Part shown: piece by piece, positions 37,520 through 46,470 of the stretch
Layout of the letters: each line of letters begins with the position of its first letter
How positions within the stretch are numbered: the stretch's first letter is position 1
DNA from: a virus
Taxonomy: Duplodnaviria > Caudoviricetes
Length of the DNA stretch: 60,313 bases
IMG/VR virus record: IMGVR_UViG_3300028571_001115
Span: 1 to 60,313 of that record
Direction: 5' to 3' (one strand)
Notes under the pieces: model-generated
Database searches by the model: none
What the model saw: only the letters and a program-made list of their open reading frames with translations
What the model was told of the DNA's origin: nothing
Made by a program: the position numbers and the translations under genes

Positions 37520-39154
37520 TCACCTTATTGCCCGGCGAACCGAGCTTGTTACGATTGACGACAGCCATCCCGCCGCTGTCTGCGGTTGGCCGATGATCGT
37601 CACCTCGACCTCAGTGCCGAGCGCGATGGGCTCGGATGGCGTCAGCACGACGCGGAACGCCCCGTCGTCATACCGGTCAGATGATACCGTGCGGACCTGG
37701 GCGCGTATGGCGCGCCCGAAACGCACGAAGCTGGTCTTGATGCGCACCTCGGCCTGGGTGTCAGCCGCAACTGATGCACGGTCGACAGGATCCAGCTTGG
37801 CCTCGATGATGGGGTCGCTATCTGGCACCACGGTCAGCAGTGCGTCGCCGATGGCAACCGGTGTCCCAGGTGGGCCTGCCTCGATCTGCTGCACGCGCCC
37901 ATTCCTCGGGGCCGCAATCACGGTCCCGGTCAGTACGCGGTCAACCTCTGCTAGCCGCTCCTGCAGCTTCAGGATAGTGGATCTGCGGGCGTAGCTGCGC
38001 TCCAGCCATTCGCGCTCCTCGGTCGACTGGTAGATCAAGGCTTCTGTTAGGTCTGATTGAGGGCGCAGGCCGCGCTTTACGAGGTCTTCGGTCGCGGTGA
38101 CGCGTGAAGACACAAGTTGCTGCGCCTTGGTGCGTGCTGATGTCGAGGCCTGGAGTGTAGTCTCCTCCAGTCGCGCCTGGGCGATGATACTTTCCCGCTG
38201 TTTTGTATAATCAGCCCCGTCCAGTGTCAGCAGAGTATCGCCGCGCGAGACGTGGTCCCCCTCCCGCACCAGGAGCGTGGACACGCGCGACGTTACGATC
38301 GACTTGATGGCGGCAGCGTGGCCGTCAGGGGACACCACGCCGGTCATGACGGTCGTCCCCGGCACCGGCACCGCCAGGGGCAGCACAACCAGCGCGCCGG
38401 TCGTGACGCAGCAGGCGGCGAGGCGGTTGCCATAGCGCGTGACGTCATCGGACGCAGGCACCGGCCCGGCCTTGAGCGTGTTGGCCGCCAGGATGAGCCG
38501 AAAGCTGTGTATTGCCGCCTTCGCAAGCTGAAGGTTGCGGAAAACAGCGAAAACCCGGCTACAGATGCTGGCCACCAGGAATGCAGCCGACAACAGCACA
38601 CCTGGCGACAGGATGCCCCAGATCGCCAGAAGCGCGGACAGCCCCATCGCCAGGACGGTAGCCCCGGCCACGAGCCCCTGAGAGGCGATTGACTGGCCGA
38701 GCTGTTGCGCGGCCCAGATGGCAACAACCAGCAGGGCGATGAGCAGCAGGAACGACCAGTGCGCGGCAACGAGGCCAGCGATCAATATCGGCGTCATGCA
38801 CAGACAAAGGAGGTCCCACGGCACGTTGGCCCGCACCGCAGTGTCGATGACGCGCAGAGCCTCCTGCTTGCTGTTGGGTGCTACGATGCTGCGCGCGACG
38901 GCCCAGCAGGCAGCGAGGTACTGGGTGGCACTATGGGCCAGGGCGACATTGACGCCCATCAGCAGGCACGCCAGGACGCCCAGCACGGCCACGGTCTCGA
39001 TGCTGCGGCTGGGGATGGCACGGTCGGCCAGGATCAGCGCGTAGACACTCGGCACGGCTGAGAGCACCAAAGCGCAGGCGGCAGCGAGTGCTGCAAACCA
39101 GAGTCGGGTCTTGAGATAATGATCCACCACGACGACAACCCACCCCAGTTTCAT
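37520..39154 (-). CDS. Fusion of PrtD-like ABC transmembrane domain and HlyD-family adaptor; no ATPase domain
   Basis: VPSVYALILADRAIPSRSIETV plus several TM helices; then GVVSP...LLVREGDHV-RGD-L, coiled coil, IAAPRNG-V, LLTVVP, EAKLDP-D. Confidence 0.75.
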   Translation of the reverse strand: MKLGWVVVVVDHYLKTRLWFAALAAACALVLSAVPSVYALILADRAIPSRSIETVAVLGVLACLLMGVNVALAHSATQYLAACWAVARSIVAPNSKQEALRVIDTAVRANVPWDLLCLCMTPILIAGLVAAHWSFLLLIALLVVAIWAAQQLGQSIASQGLVAGATVLAMGLSALLAIWGILSPGVLLSAAFLVASICSRVFAVFRNLQLAKAAIHSFRLILAANTLKAGPVPASDDVTRYGNRLAACCVTTGALVVLPLAVPVPGTTVMTGVVSPDGHAAAIKSIVTSRVSTLLVREGDHVSRGDTLLTLDGADYTKQRESIIAQARLEETTLQASTSARTKAQQLVSSRVTATEDLVKRGLRPQSDLTEALIYQSTEEREWLERSYARRSTILKLQERLAEVDRVLTGTVIAAPRNGRVQQIEAGPPGTPVAIGDALLTVVPDSDPIIEAKLDPVDRASVAADTQAEVRIKTSFVRFGRAIRAQVRTVSSDRYDDGAFRVVLTPSEPIALGTEVEVTIIGQPQTAAGWLSSIVTSSVRRAIR

Positions 39155-39255
39155 GAGGCAGGCTGATCAGCCCGCGTTTTCCCTGGTCTCTCGGTTGTGG
39201 TATTCGCGGGTGGCGTCAAGTCGCCATCAAATCCCTTTTCAGTCTGGCGCTGATG

Positions 39256-39516
39256 TCATCGAAATCGGCTTGGGCTTTTTTTGAGTTTGTCGGTCGCATC
39301 ATCGAGCACCTTGTGTGGGTCGATAATGATCCAGCAAACGTAGGTATCGCGGTACTTCCCAACTCTAAGCTCGCGCTCCAACTCGGTCGGTAAAAAATAG
39401 ACATCCTTGTCAGCGAAGCGGCCAGCAAGCCACATGCCCTGATCTGTGGCTAGGTCGATCAGGGCCATGAACTTACGCCGGTCGGCGCTGCGGTTCCATT
39501 TGGGGTCGTCGCTCAT
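39256..39516 (-). CDS. Hypothetical protein
   Basis: AGGAGG SD before MSDDPKW. Confidence 0.5.
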   Translation of the reverse strand: MSDDPKWNRSADRRKFMALIDLATDQGMWLAGRFADKDVYFLPTELERELRVGKYRDTYVCWIIIDPHKVLDDATDKLKKSPSRFR

Positions 39517-39854
39517 CACGACTTTACCTCCTTCGGCAGCTTGTAGGCTTGCAAGCCTACGTGGTTCCAGTTGGGGTCGTCTCGAAGGCCGTGCAGGATC
39601 GCGCCGTCGCTGGGCTCGCCACAGCCCCAGGGGCGAGCGTTGCACCAGTAGGTCTGGGCCAGGACCGACTTTCATTTGCGCCCGTGAGCCTTAGCGAACC
39701 GCGCTATGGCGGCAGCTTCGTCGTCAAATAGGGCGCGGGGCCGGTTCGCGCGTCGGCTGCCGACGACCCATCCGTCTTTCGTGCTCGGTGCTTGCTTGAT
39801 CGTCATGCGGTCCTCCTTGGTGGTGGTGGCGGGGCGCTGAGCCCCGCCTGTTGG

Positions 39855-40103
39855 TCATTTCACTTCGGTGGATACTGATGTGATCTCAATCTCAAACCCA
39901 AACTTCTGAAAACGTGCAGCGCTGGTCTGAATGGTGCGCTCACTGGCGATACTCTCGCAAATCCAGTCTCGATAACGCTGGATTCTCTCGTCTGGCTTGC
40001 CCTTGACCCAGAGCGCATGGGTGTAGATCGGTTCTTTGTGCGCCTTGCTGGTGCGAGTCTTGGTGAGGCCGCTCTTGGTGGTCGTGGTGTACTTGACTGT
40101 CAT
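39855..40103 (-). CDS. Hypothetical early protein
   Basis: GGAG SD; TTGACA-17-TATGTT promoter with perfect operator at 40155. Confidence 0.55.
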   Translation of the reverse strand: MTVKYTTTTKSGLTKTRTSKAHKEPIYTHALWVKGKPDERIQRYRDWICESIASERTIQTSAARFQKFGFEIEITSVSTEVK

Positions 40104-40180
40104 GGTATGTCTCCCTGCATTGATAATCAAAACATAGATCATCAATGCAGGGATGTCAACTGTCAGTTGACTTAAAGATC

Positions 40181-40210
40181 AAAAAAGTGGGCGGTTGCTT
40201 TCCACCGCCC
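40181..40210 (-). terminator. Intrinsic terminator after porin
   Basis: gggcggt-ggaaagca-accgccc then T6. Confidence 0.75.
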
Positions 40211-40289
40211 GAAGTCGCCCAAATTCCCGAACTCACAGAGCTGCCTCTATCAAGCCGGACGCCAGGGGAGGCGCTTCTCTTGCCGAGAA

Positions 40290-41435
40290 TTAGAACTTCA
40301 CGATCGCACCGACCTTCATGACGTCAACCTTTTCGTCGGCATCCATGTGCTGCCAACCGGCATAGATGTCGAGCGCTGCCGCATCAAACGACTGCACGGC
40401 ACCGAGGCCGTAGAGCATCAATTCAGCTCCGCTACCCGAGTAAAGGCCATACTCGCCCATGAGGGTGGTTTTGCCATAGCCCGTGAAATTGCGCTCGATG
40501 CCGCCCGTGACGTGATAGCCGTCCAACGTCGCTTTCCCGACGGTGGTGTCATCAAACAGCGCAGCGAGGCTCACGTTGCCCTTGCGGCCATACGCGCCGG
40601 TCACGAACAGGCCGGTGGTGGTTTCCATAACCGAAACCGAGCCGCCGAAGAAACGTGGAGCGGCGCGCCGAGTTGGGTTGACGCAGTTCGTGGCAGGAGG
40701 GACTGGGGTGCAGGCCCCGAAGTAGTCGAGGTTAGCCTCTTCACGGTAACCGACCCCTGCGGCAATCTTGAAGGTGAGTAGTTCGCCAGCGTAGCGTGCC
40801 GAGATGTCCTTCTGATCTCCACCATCAGCCCAGGCAGCCGAGAGCGTGACACCCATCAGCGCAGGCGTGTCATAGCGCACGACGTCGCGGCGTGAGCCGT
40901 CAAAACCAAGGTCGAACTCGATCGGCAGGCCCGACAGGCTGAACGACTTGGAGACGCTGGCCGTGTTGGCGACGCTGATCTCGACGATACCGTCGGTTGC
41001 CTGCGAGGTGCGGCCCAGGCTCAGGCGACCGGCGGTCGCGCTGTCAAGGTACACGAAGCCGTGGCGGATACTCGTCTGCGCGTCGGCCAGGGTATCGATG
41101 CCGACTTCCAGGACGTAGCCAGCTTTGAGGTCTGGGCTGATCCGGCCCTCGCCGATGAAGCGCACGCGGCTCTGCTCCAGGCCGTTACCAGCGACGCCCT
41201 TCTCGGTGCCGTCAGGCGTGTCGATAATGAGCAGTTGCTGGTTCACTTGACCCGAGATGGTCAGGGTCACTTTGCGATTACCCTTCTTGGCGGCAGCGGC
41301 TTCAAGTTCGGCGATACGTTCTTCAATGTCGGCGCAGCAGGCTTTGCCGCCAAGGTCGGCGGCGAAGGCTGCAATGGATGATACGAACAGGCAACTCAGC
41401 GCCAGGAGCGCTGTGGCCAGGATCTTTGATTTCAT
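40290..41435 (-). CDS. Outer membrane porin (Hyphomicrobiaceae-type)
   Basis: Signal peptide, ADLGG-ACCADIEERIAELEA--AKKGNRKV-L-ISGQVN, VRYDTP, C-terminal Phe. Confidence 0.88.
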   Translation of the reverse strand: MKSKILATALLALSCLFVSSIAAFAADLGGKACCADIEERIAELEAAAAKKGNRKVTLTISGQVNQQLLIIDTPDGTEKGVAGNGLEQSRVRFIGEGRISPDLKAGYVLEVGIDTLADAQTSIRHGFVYLDSATAGRLSLGRTSQATDGIVEISVANTASVSKSFSLSGLPIEFDLGFDGSRRDVVRYDTPALMGVTLSAAWADGGDQKDISARYAGELLTFKIAAGVGYREEANLDYFGACTPVPPATNCVNPTRRAAPRFFGGSVSVMETTTGLFVTGAYGRKGNVSLAALFDDTTVGKATLDGYHVTGGIERNFTGYGKTTLMGEYGLYSGSGAELMLYGLGAVQSFDAAALDIYAGWQHMDADEKVDVMKVGAIVKF

Positions 41436-41572
41436 GGTTGGAGGACTCCTGTTGCGGTCAGCACGATGATGTCGCGTAGACCCGTTCGATGTTGGCGTCA
41501 ACTCTCGGCTGACTAGAAAGTTTGGAGCGAGGCAGGATTGCCTCACCCCATTCGTGATTTCGTGTCGGGGCG

Positions 41573-42273
41573 TTAGTTACTTGGGGGTACTGGTGGGGGC
41601 TTTGAAAGGAACGACGGCATCCCCGTTGCTTTCGGCACCGGCTGGGGCACCGCGTCGGGTGCCGGAGGCGGTGCGGATGATGTGGTGGTGACGGAGGGTG
41701 AGGCAGTAATTGCAGATACAGGGACGGAAGATCCTGGCCCCTTGATCACCTGGGCAAGGAAGGCCTGCAAGCTGGCGGCGCGACCTTCCAGCTGGGAGGC
41801 GATAGCGCGGTTCTGCTCGGCTACTGTCAGGCATTCGGCGGCCCTTGCGTTGAGCCACGGTACGGACCCCCCGGGTCTGAATAGGTTGGTGTAGCCCCAC
41901 CCAATGGCAGGAAGGGCAGTGCCGCCGACAATGCCCCGCTGGACGAGGAGGGCGGTGTCGACGTTGTTGAAGGTTTTGGTGAAGAAGGTGAAGAACTCTT
42001 GAGCGGAGGTAAGCTCGGCTGCGGCCATGGGACGGTGGCTCCTGCATTGATGATCATCTGCTCGTAGGCGGTGCAGTCCAGTTCGGCCCTACTGCGCCGT
42101 TTGACTGCGTCGTCACGCGCCTTGGCGGCGGCCTCGTATCCCTCCCTTGCTGCGGCAGTGTCGGCCTTTGGCTGGAACAGCGGGCCGGTGATGTAGCGCA
42201 CGAAGATCAGCGCAAAAACCACGATCAGGGCGCACTCGATCAGCTTGGTCCAGACCTCGGCGGTAATGTTCAT
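41573..42273 (-). CDS. Membrane-anchored hypothetical protein(s): two overlapping ORFs, possibly one frameshifted gene
   Basis: MNITAEV... N-terminal TM; adding one C at ~42030 joins it to ORF 41573-42028. Confidence 0.45.
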
Positions 42274-42328
42274 GCGATCCTCGCGAATATCTGCTAGACG
42301 TGATGATGGTATTCGATGGAGGTGGCTA

Positions 42329-43675
42329 GTGTCAGTTGAGCAACACAAAGCTGAAGATGACGATCGCAATAAGCAGTCAACTGGACGCAATCTGCTGGGG
42401 CGGGCCGGACAAGGTGCGCTATTGGCGCTGAGCCGGGCACAAAACCTCGCACAGGAGCTGGCCCAGTCTGTGGCGGTGATCGCTCAGCCGGTGCAAGCTG
42501 CAGTGCGTGCGGTTCAGATGGTGCCAACCAGCGTCCTAAAAGCGGCAGCGCGTCATCTGCGGGTGCTGCAGCAGGCGGCATCAGCAACGGAGGCTGGGGC
42601 GCGGGTGGCGGGTGTTGCGATGAACGCGGCCATGGCAACCTCGCCGCTGATGGAAGCATCGATCCTGGCCGCACTCGACCTCAACAGCGAGGGTGCCGTC
42701 AAGGAGACTGCCAAGAAGCTGACAAACGAACAGGCTGACTACGCCGCTAAGGCCATCGCGTTCGCCCAGGAGACAGCAACCCAGACCCACGACACCGGCA
42801 AGGCGTTATCCAGCCTGACGGTCGGATACGACCTCGCTCAGCAAGCAGACAATTTCGGCCGCACTGATGCGCATGCTGAACAAATGGCGCCACTCATCCT
42901 CTATGCCAAGATTGCGCCACCGGTTATTATCGGAGTTGACCTCGGCGACACGCGCGAGAACACCGGCATCCACATCATGGTCACGGTCCACGACGAGTAT
43001 GTTGGTGACGTCACCAAAATGCTCAGCCTATCGGCACAGAACTACGAGCTGGTCAAGGGGCTCGACATCCCGTTCTCGTACACCGACAGCTTCGGCCACA
43101 CCGTGTCGACCACGATCCGCGTGCCGATCCTCGACGTTAACGAGGTGCCCGAGACGCCGGTCATCATCTCGACGTTCGATGGGCAGCAGCTGGTGATCAC
43201 CGCGACCGCAGCAGACCCCGACGGCGAGATCCTGCCCTCGCAGACATGGACCTACACTGTGCAGCAGCTGGCGGCAGGAGCACCGAGCTTCACGGCGACG
43301 TTCACTGATGCTGGTGGGTTGATGTCGAGCGCGCTGATCGACCCGCCAGAGCTGGCAAAACAAGCGGCATTGGATTCGCCGGTTGCCCCGACCATGCTGG
43401 GGTATTCGCTGGCAAGTTTGCCGGAAAACCAGGGCGGTGTGTTGATGGTCACGGCCTACGACGCAGTGGATGGGGTGATCGTACGGGGCTATGCGCTCTC
43501 GGCCCAAGACCACGAGACCACCCCCCAAATTTTGCAGCACGTCGAGATCATGAACTCCGCCGGGCTCAGCACCAGCAGTGACGTGTCGATCACCATCACC
43601 GACGTGTCGATCACCATCACCGACGTCTTCGACATCAACTGGAACGAGGTAGTCGATTCGCCGCCGATTATTTAG
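42329..43675 (+). CDS. Cadherin-like repeat protein
   Basis: GGAGG SD and GTG at 42329; NYE...YTDSFG...ILDVNEVP and LPEN...DHE...SITITDV motifs. Confidence 0.65.
   Translation: MSVEQHKAEDDDRNKQSTGRNLLGRAGQGALLALSRAQNLAQELAQSVAVIAQPVQAAVRAVQMVPTSVLKAAARHLRVLQQAASATEAGARVAGVAMNAAMATSPLMEASILAALDLNSEGAVKETAKKLTNEQADYAAKAIAFAQETATQTHDTGKALSSLTVGYDLAQQADNFGRTDAHAEQMAPLILYAKIAPPVIIGVDLGDTRENTGIHIMVTVHDEYVGDVTKMLSLSAQNYELVKGLDIPFSYTDSFGHTVSTTIRVPILDVNEVPETPVIISTFDGQQLVITATAADPDGEILPSQTWTYTVQQLAAGAPSFTATFTDAGGLMSSALIDPPELAKQAALDSPVAPTMLGYSLASLPENQGGVLMVTAYDAVDGVIVRGYALSAQDHETTPQILQHVEIMNSAGLSTSSDVSITITDVSITITDVFDINWNEVVDSPPII
43580..43626. repeat. 21-bp in-frame tandem duplication
   Basis: gacgtgtcgatcaccatcacc x2 (DVSITIT). 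Confidence 0.9.
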
Positions 43676-43700
43676 ACAGGTAGCCCGAAGGCCACTGGCG

Positions 43701-44030
43701 TTACTCCACGAAGTTGATGATGGCCCCGGCAGGGACGCCGATCAGCACGGTCTCACCGACCGGGATGGATTTGTGGTTCGTAGTTGCCAGCAGGGGCACC
43801 GAGAACAGCGGCTTAGGTCGCACTGCCACGTAGGCAACCGCTGCGCCTTTGTTCTCCAGCTCGACGAAGTGGGTCTTAGCCTCCAGCTCGACGTTGACGC
43901 CACCAGGGGCGGGGGTCGCCGTCTTGATAGGCAGCCCGGCCTCGTCGGTGACAAGGACGCCGTGCAGGATGGGCAGCTCGGTGCCGATCCTCCCACGTGC
44001 TACGTGGGGGTATTCGCGGATCACAATCAT
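43701..44030 (-). CDS. Beta-rich hypothetical (possible virion protein)
   Basis: Composition; operon with 44032-44436. Confidence 0.55.
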   Translation of the reverse strand: MIVIREYPHVARGRIGTELPILHGVLVTDEAGLPIKTATPAPGGVNVELEAKTHFVELENKGAAVAYVAVRPKPLFSVPLLATTNHKSIPVGETVLIGVPAGAIINFVE

Positions 44031-44031
44031 G

Positions 44032-44436
44032 TCAGCTCCGGATCTTAGGGAGCACGAGGAGGAATCCGACTGAACAACCGGTGCCGGTGGCTAACCCGGT
44101 TGGCGTGACGCGGAAACGGGCGTCTGATGGCACAACGCCTGGGGTCGCCAGTGTGGCTCGACTCACGGTCGAGACTGGGGCGGCATTGAGGTAGGTGATC
44201 GCGTTTGTCGTGTCGGTCAGCGTGACCGTGCCAGCCGTCGCCGTGGCATCGGCGTCTGGGATGATCCAGGTCTCCAGGAGGACGGTCCCTTTGGGGAGCA
44301 CGAACTCCCTGACGGTCGTCTCGTTGTGGAGTTTAACCGTAAATAGGGATGGCTGGGGCTGGAGGTCGAAACCGCTCTCGCTGGTGCCTCCCGTGGCCAC
44401 GCCATTGACATGGTTAGTTGCTCTGCGCAAATACAT
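44032..44436 (-). CDS. Beta-rich hypothetical (possible capsid-associated protein)
   Basis: FVLPKGTVL...ATAGT; preceded by late-type motif. Confidence 0.55.
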   Translation of the reverse strand: MYLRRATNHVNGVATGGTSESGFDLQPQPSLFTVKLHNETTVREFVLPKGTVLLETWIIPDADATATAGTVTLTDTTNAITYLNAAPVSTVSRATLATPGVVPSDARFRVTPTGLATGTGCSVGFLLVLPKIRS

Positions 44437-44558
44437 TCTGCTCTCCGATTATCATGTTTTTATGGAGGTCGTGAGCAGCAGCATCAGCGAGGGAGAATGC
44501 GGGCCATCAGCCTGCAGGTTGTCGATGATGATGTTCGTTTAGGGTTGCAACAAAAAAG

Positions 44559-44804
44559 TTAGTCTGGTGGGATGTAAATGCCAGCCGCGAAGCCATGATC
44601 AAGTAGAAGCCCAATAACCTTAAGCGGGCGCTTCAAGCGAACAAACGGCACGAGAGCCTCGCCAGTCTCGATTAATGCCTTCTCGGCCTCGGCTATCTCA
44701 TCCGCAGCAAGGTCGCCGCTCACAAAAAGAATAAGACCGGCTAACTTCGCATCTACTGGCGAGTCCTCAGCCTTTCGAAAATAAACATGGCGCGTATCTG
44801 TCAT
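44559..44804 (-). CDS. Hypothetical protein
   Basis: ORF only. Confidence 0.4.
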   Translation of the reverse strand: MTDTRHVYFRKAEDSPVDAKLAGLILFVSGDLAADEIAEAEKALIETGEALVPFVRLKRPLKVIGLLLDHGFAAGIYIPPD

Positions 44805-44880
44805 CGGTTACAAAAAAAACTAGCGATGTTGCCATCTCCAGCTCCCTTCCTGTTGTGCCTGTCCGGCGTCGACATCCGGA

Positions 44881-45897
44881 TCAATTTTTCAGGTCATTGC
44901 TAAGCTCGTAAACGCTGTCACTAGTCAGATTATAATCCCTCGCAATTTGCTTGGCCCTCTCATATCCAATCTGGACAGCACCAACCACAGCACCAATTTT
45001 GTCTCCGTTCTCAAAGCCAGTGACTGCAGCGCCCACGCGGAGGCTGTGGCCGCTGAACCTGTCTGCCTTGAGCCGTGCCTCGGCAGCAGTGTCGCCCTGG
45101 CGAGCGAAATACTCGGCGATGCGCTTCTTGATGATTTTCGAAACCGACTCGTCGTCCAATCGCTCGCGCCCGACGGTGCCCCACCGCGAGACGTTGCGCA
45201 GGATCGCCTGCCCTGGGCGGACCTGGGCGAATGCCAGCCACTGTTCGACAGCGTCGAGCAGTGGCTCATTCTGAGCCCTTGACATCAACAGCGCCTCTTT
45301 TTTTGTCGTGTACCGCACAACCATGCGCTGTGGATCAATCGTAAGAAATAATCCACCACCCTCCTCTGAGCAATCTAGATCCAGCGCAACCAAATCAGAG
45401 CGACGAAGCGCAAACGAGTACCCAAGCGCCAGAAGGCAGGCGTCGCGCAATTCAAGGGGTGTGCCACCCATGCCCCGCAGGACATCCAGGATCAGAGATG
45501 CCCGCATCGGGGCCGTTAAGGTTGATTTCATGATTTGAGGTTCGGCCCGCCTAGCATCCCTCAAGATCGCCACAATAGCGGGTGCTGTCGTGTCGAAGTG
45601 TTGCCCCTTTTCGGCATGCACAGACTTGATGGCGGCGACGGCGTTGCGCAACGTGCTCAGGGCGTGGCCTTTGCCGTCAAGCTTCATCCGCTTGCCGCCT
45701 CTATCGCCCTCGTTTGCACGCAGGGCGATCCAGTTAGCGACGGCCTCTGCGGTGGCTGGAAAGGGCGACACGCCGGTCGCGGCGCAATGGTCCAGCCACA
45801 GCTTCCACTGGCTGGCGTATGCCCGCCTTGTGTGAGGCATTAAGCCATGAGAAAAATTGCCACCCTGGTCGGCTTCGTCTTTGATAAAACGCTTCAT
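44881..45897 (-). CDS. Cre-like tyrosine recombinase, divergent C-terminus
   Basis: HTRRAY--QW, RDACLL-LGY--ALRRSDL, FSGHSLRVG. Confidence 0.8.
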   Translation of the reverse strand: MKRFIKDEADQGGNFSHGLMPHTRRAYASQWKLWLDHCAATGVSPFPATAEAVANWIALRANEGDRGGKRMKLDGKGHALSTLRNAVAAIKSVHAEKGQHFDTTAPAIVAILRDARRAEPQIMKSTLTAPMRASLILDVLRGMGGTPLELRDACLLALGYSFALRRSDLVALDLDCSEEGGGLFLTIDPQRMVVRYTTKKEALLMSRAQNEPLLDAVEQWLAFAQVRPGQAILRNVSRWGTVGRERLDDESVSKIIKKRIAEYFARQGDTAAEARLKADRFSGHSLRVGAAVTGFENGDKIGAVVGAVQIGYERAKQIARDYNLTSDSVYELSNDLKN

Positions 45898-45900
45898 TGT

Positions 45901-45927
45901 AAAAAAAATACCCGCATTGCTGCGGGA
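45901..45927 (-). terminator. Intrinsic terminator just upstream of recombinase ATG
   Basis: cccgca-gcaa-tgcggg-ta then T8. Confidence 0.65.
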
Positions 45928-45954
45928 CCTCCGCTGAGATTTCTGATCCTTGGG

Positions 45955-46470
45955 TCAGCCACCAGTTAACTGCTGGACACGCTGATGATCGCGAATGCGT
46001 ACGTGCTCTGCTGAGTGACAGGCCGGGCAGAGCCAATGGGCGTCCAGCGGCTTGTCGTAGTCGTGATGGTGAGCGTGAGCATTAGTGACGCCGCATAATT
46101 GGCAGGGCTCACGCACTAACTGCCCACAAGCGACTGCCGCTGCTACTATTTTATAGACCTTTACTTTCTTCGGGTTGCGATCCTTCCAGGCGTCGCTGTA
46201 CTCAGCCAGCTTGCCGCTCTTACGATACTCAGCCATGCGCTCCTGGTGCTTGGCCTGTCGCGCTGGAGCGCGTTGCCGAACGCGGTCGAACTCCCGGTAG
46301 TAGTCGGCATTTTTGTATCTTGACTTCTTCACATCGCGTTTCTGACATTCTTTGCACTTGCCGAGTCGGCCATCGGCCATCTGGGGGTGCTTGTAGTAGT
46401 CGGTGAGGAGCTTCTCCTCACCGCAGCTGATGCATTTTTTGGACGTAAGAACTGTCATTGTGGCCTTCAA
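45955..46470 (-). CDS. HNH-type endonuclease with Zn ribbon
   Basis: KKC--CG-EK...CKEC; PC-LCG...HAHHHDY-KPL---WLC--CH---H. Confidence 0.8.
   Translation of the reverse strand: MKATMTVLTSKKCISCGEEKLLTDYYKHPQMADGRLGKCKECQKRDVKKSRYKNADYYREFDRVRQRAPARQAKHQERMAEYRKSGKLAEYSDAWKDRNPKKVKVYKIVAAAVACGQLVREPCQLCGVTNAHAHHHDYDKPLDAHWLCPACHSAEHVRIRDHQRVQQLTGG

Noticed and set aside
41573-42273. Rz/Rz1 spanin pair
   Set aside because: The overlapping ORF lacks a signal peptide and lipobox; no adjacent endolysin or holin recognised
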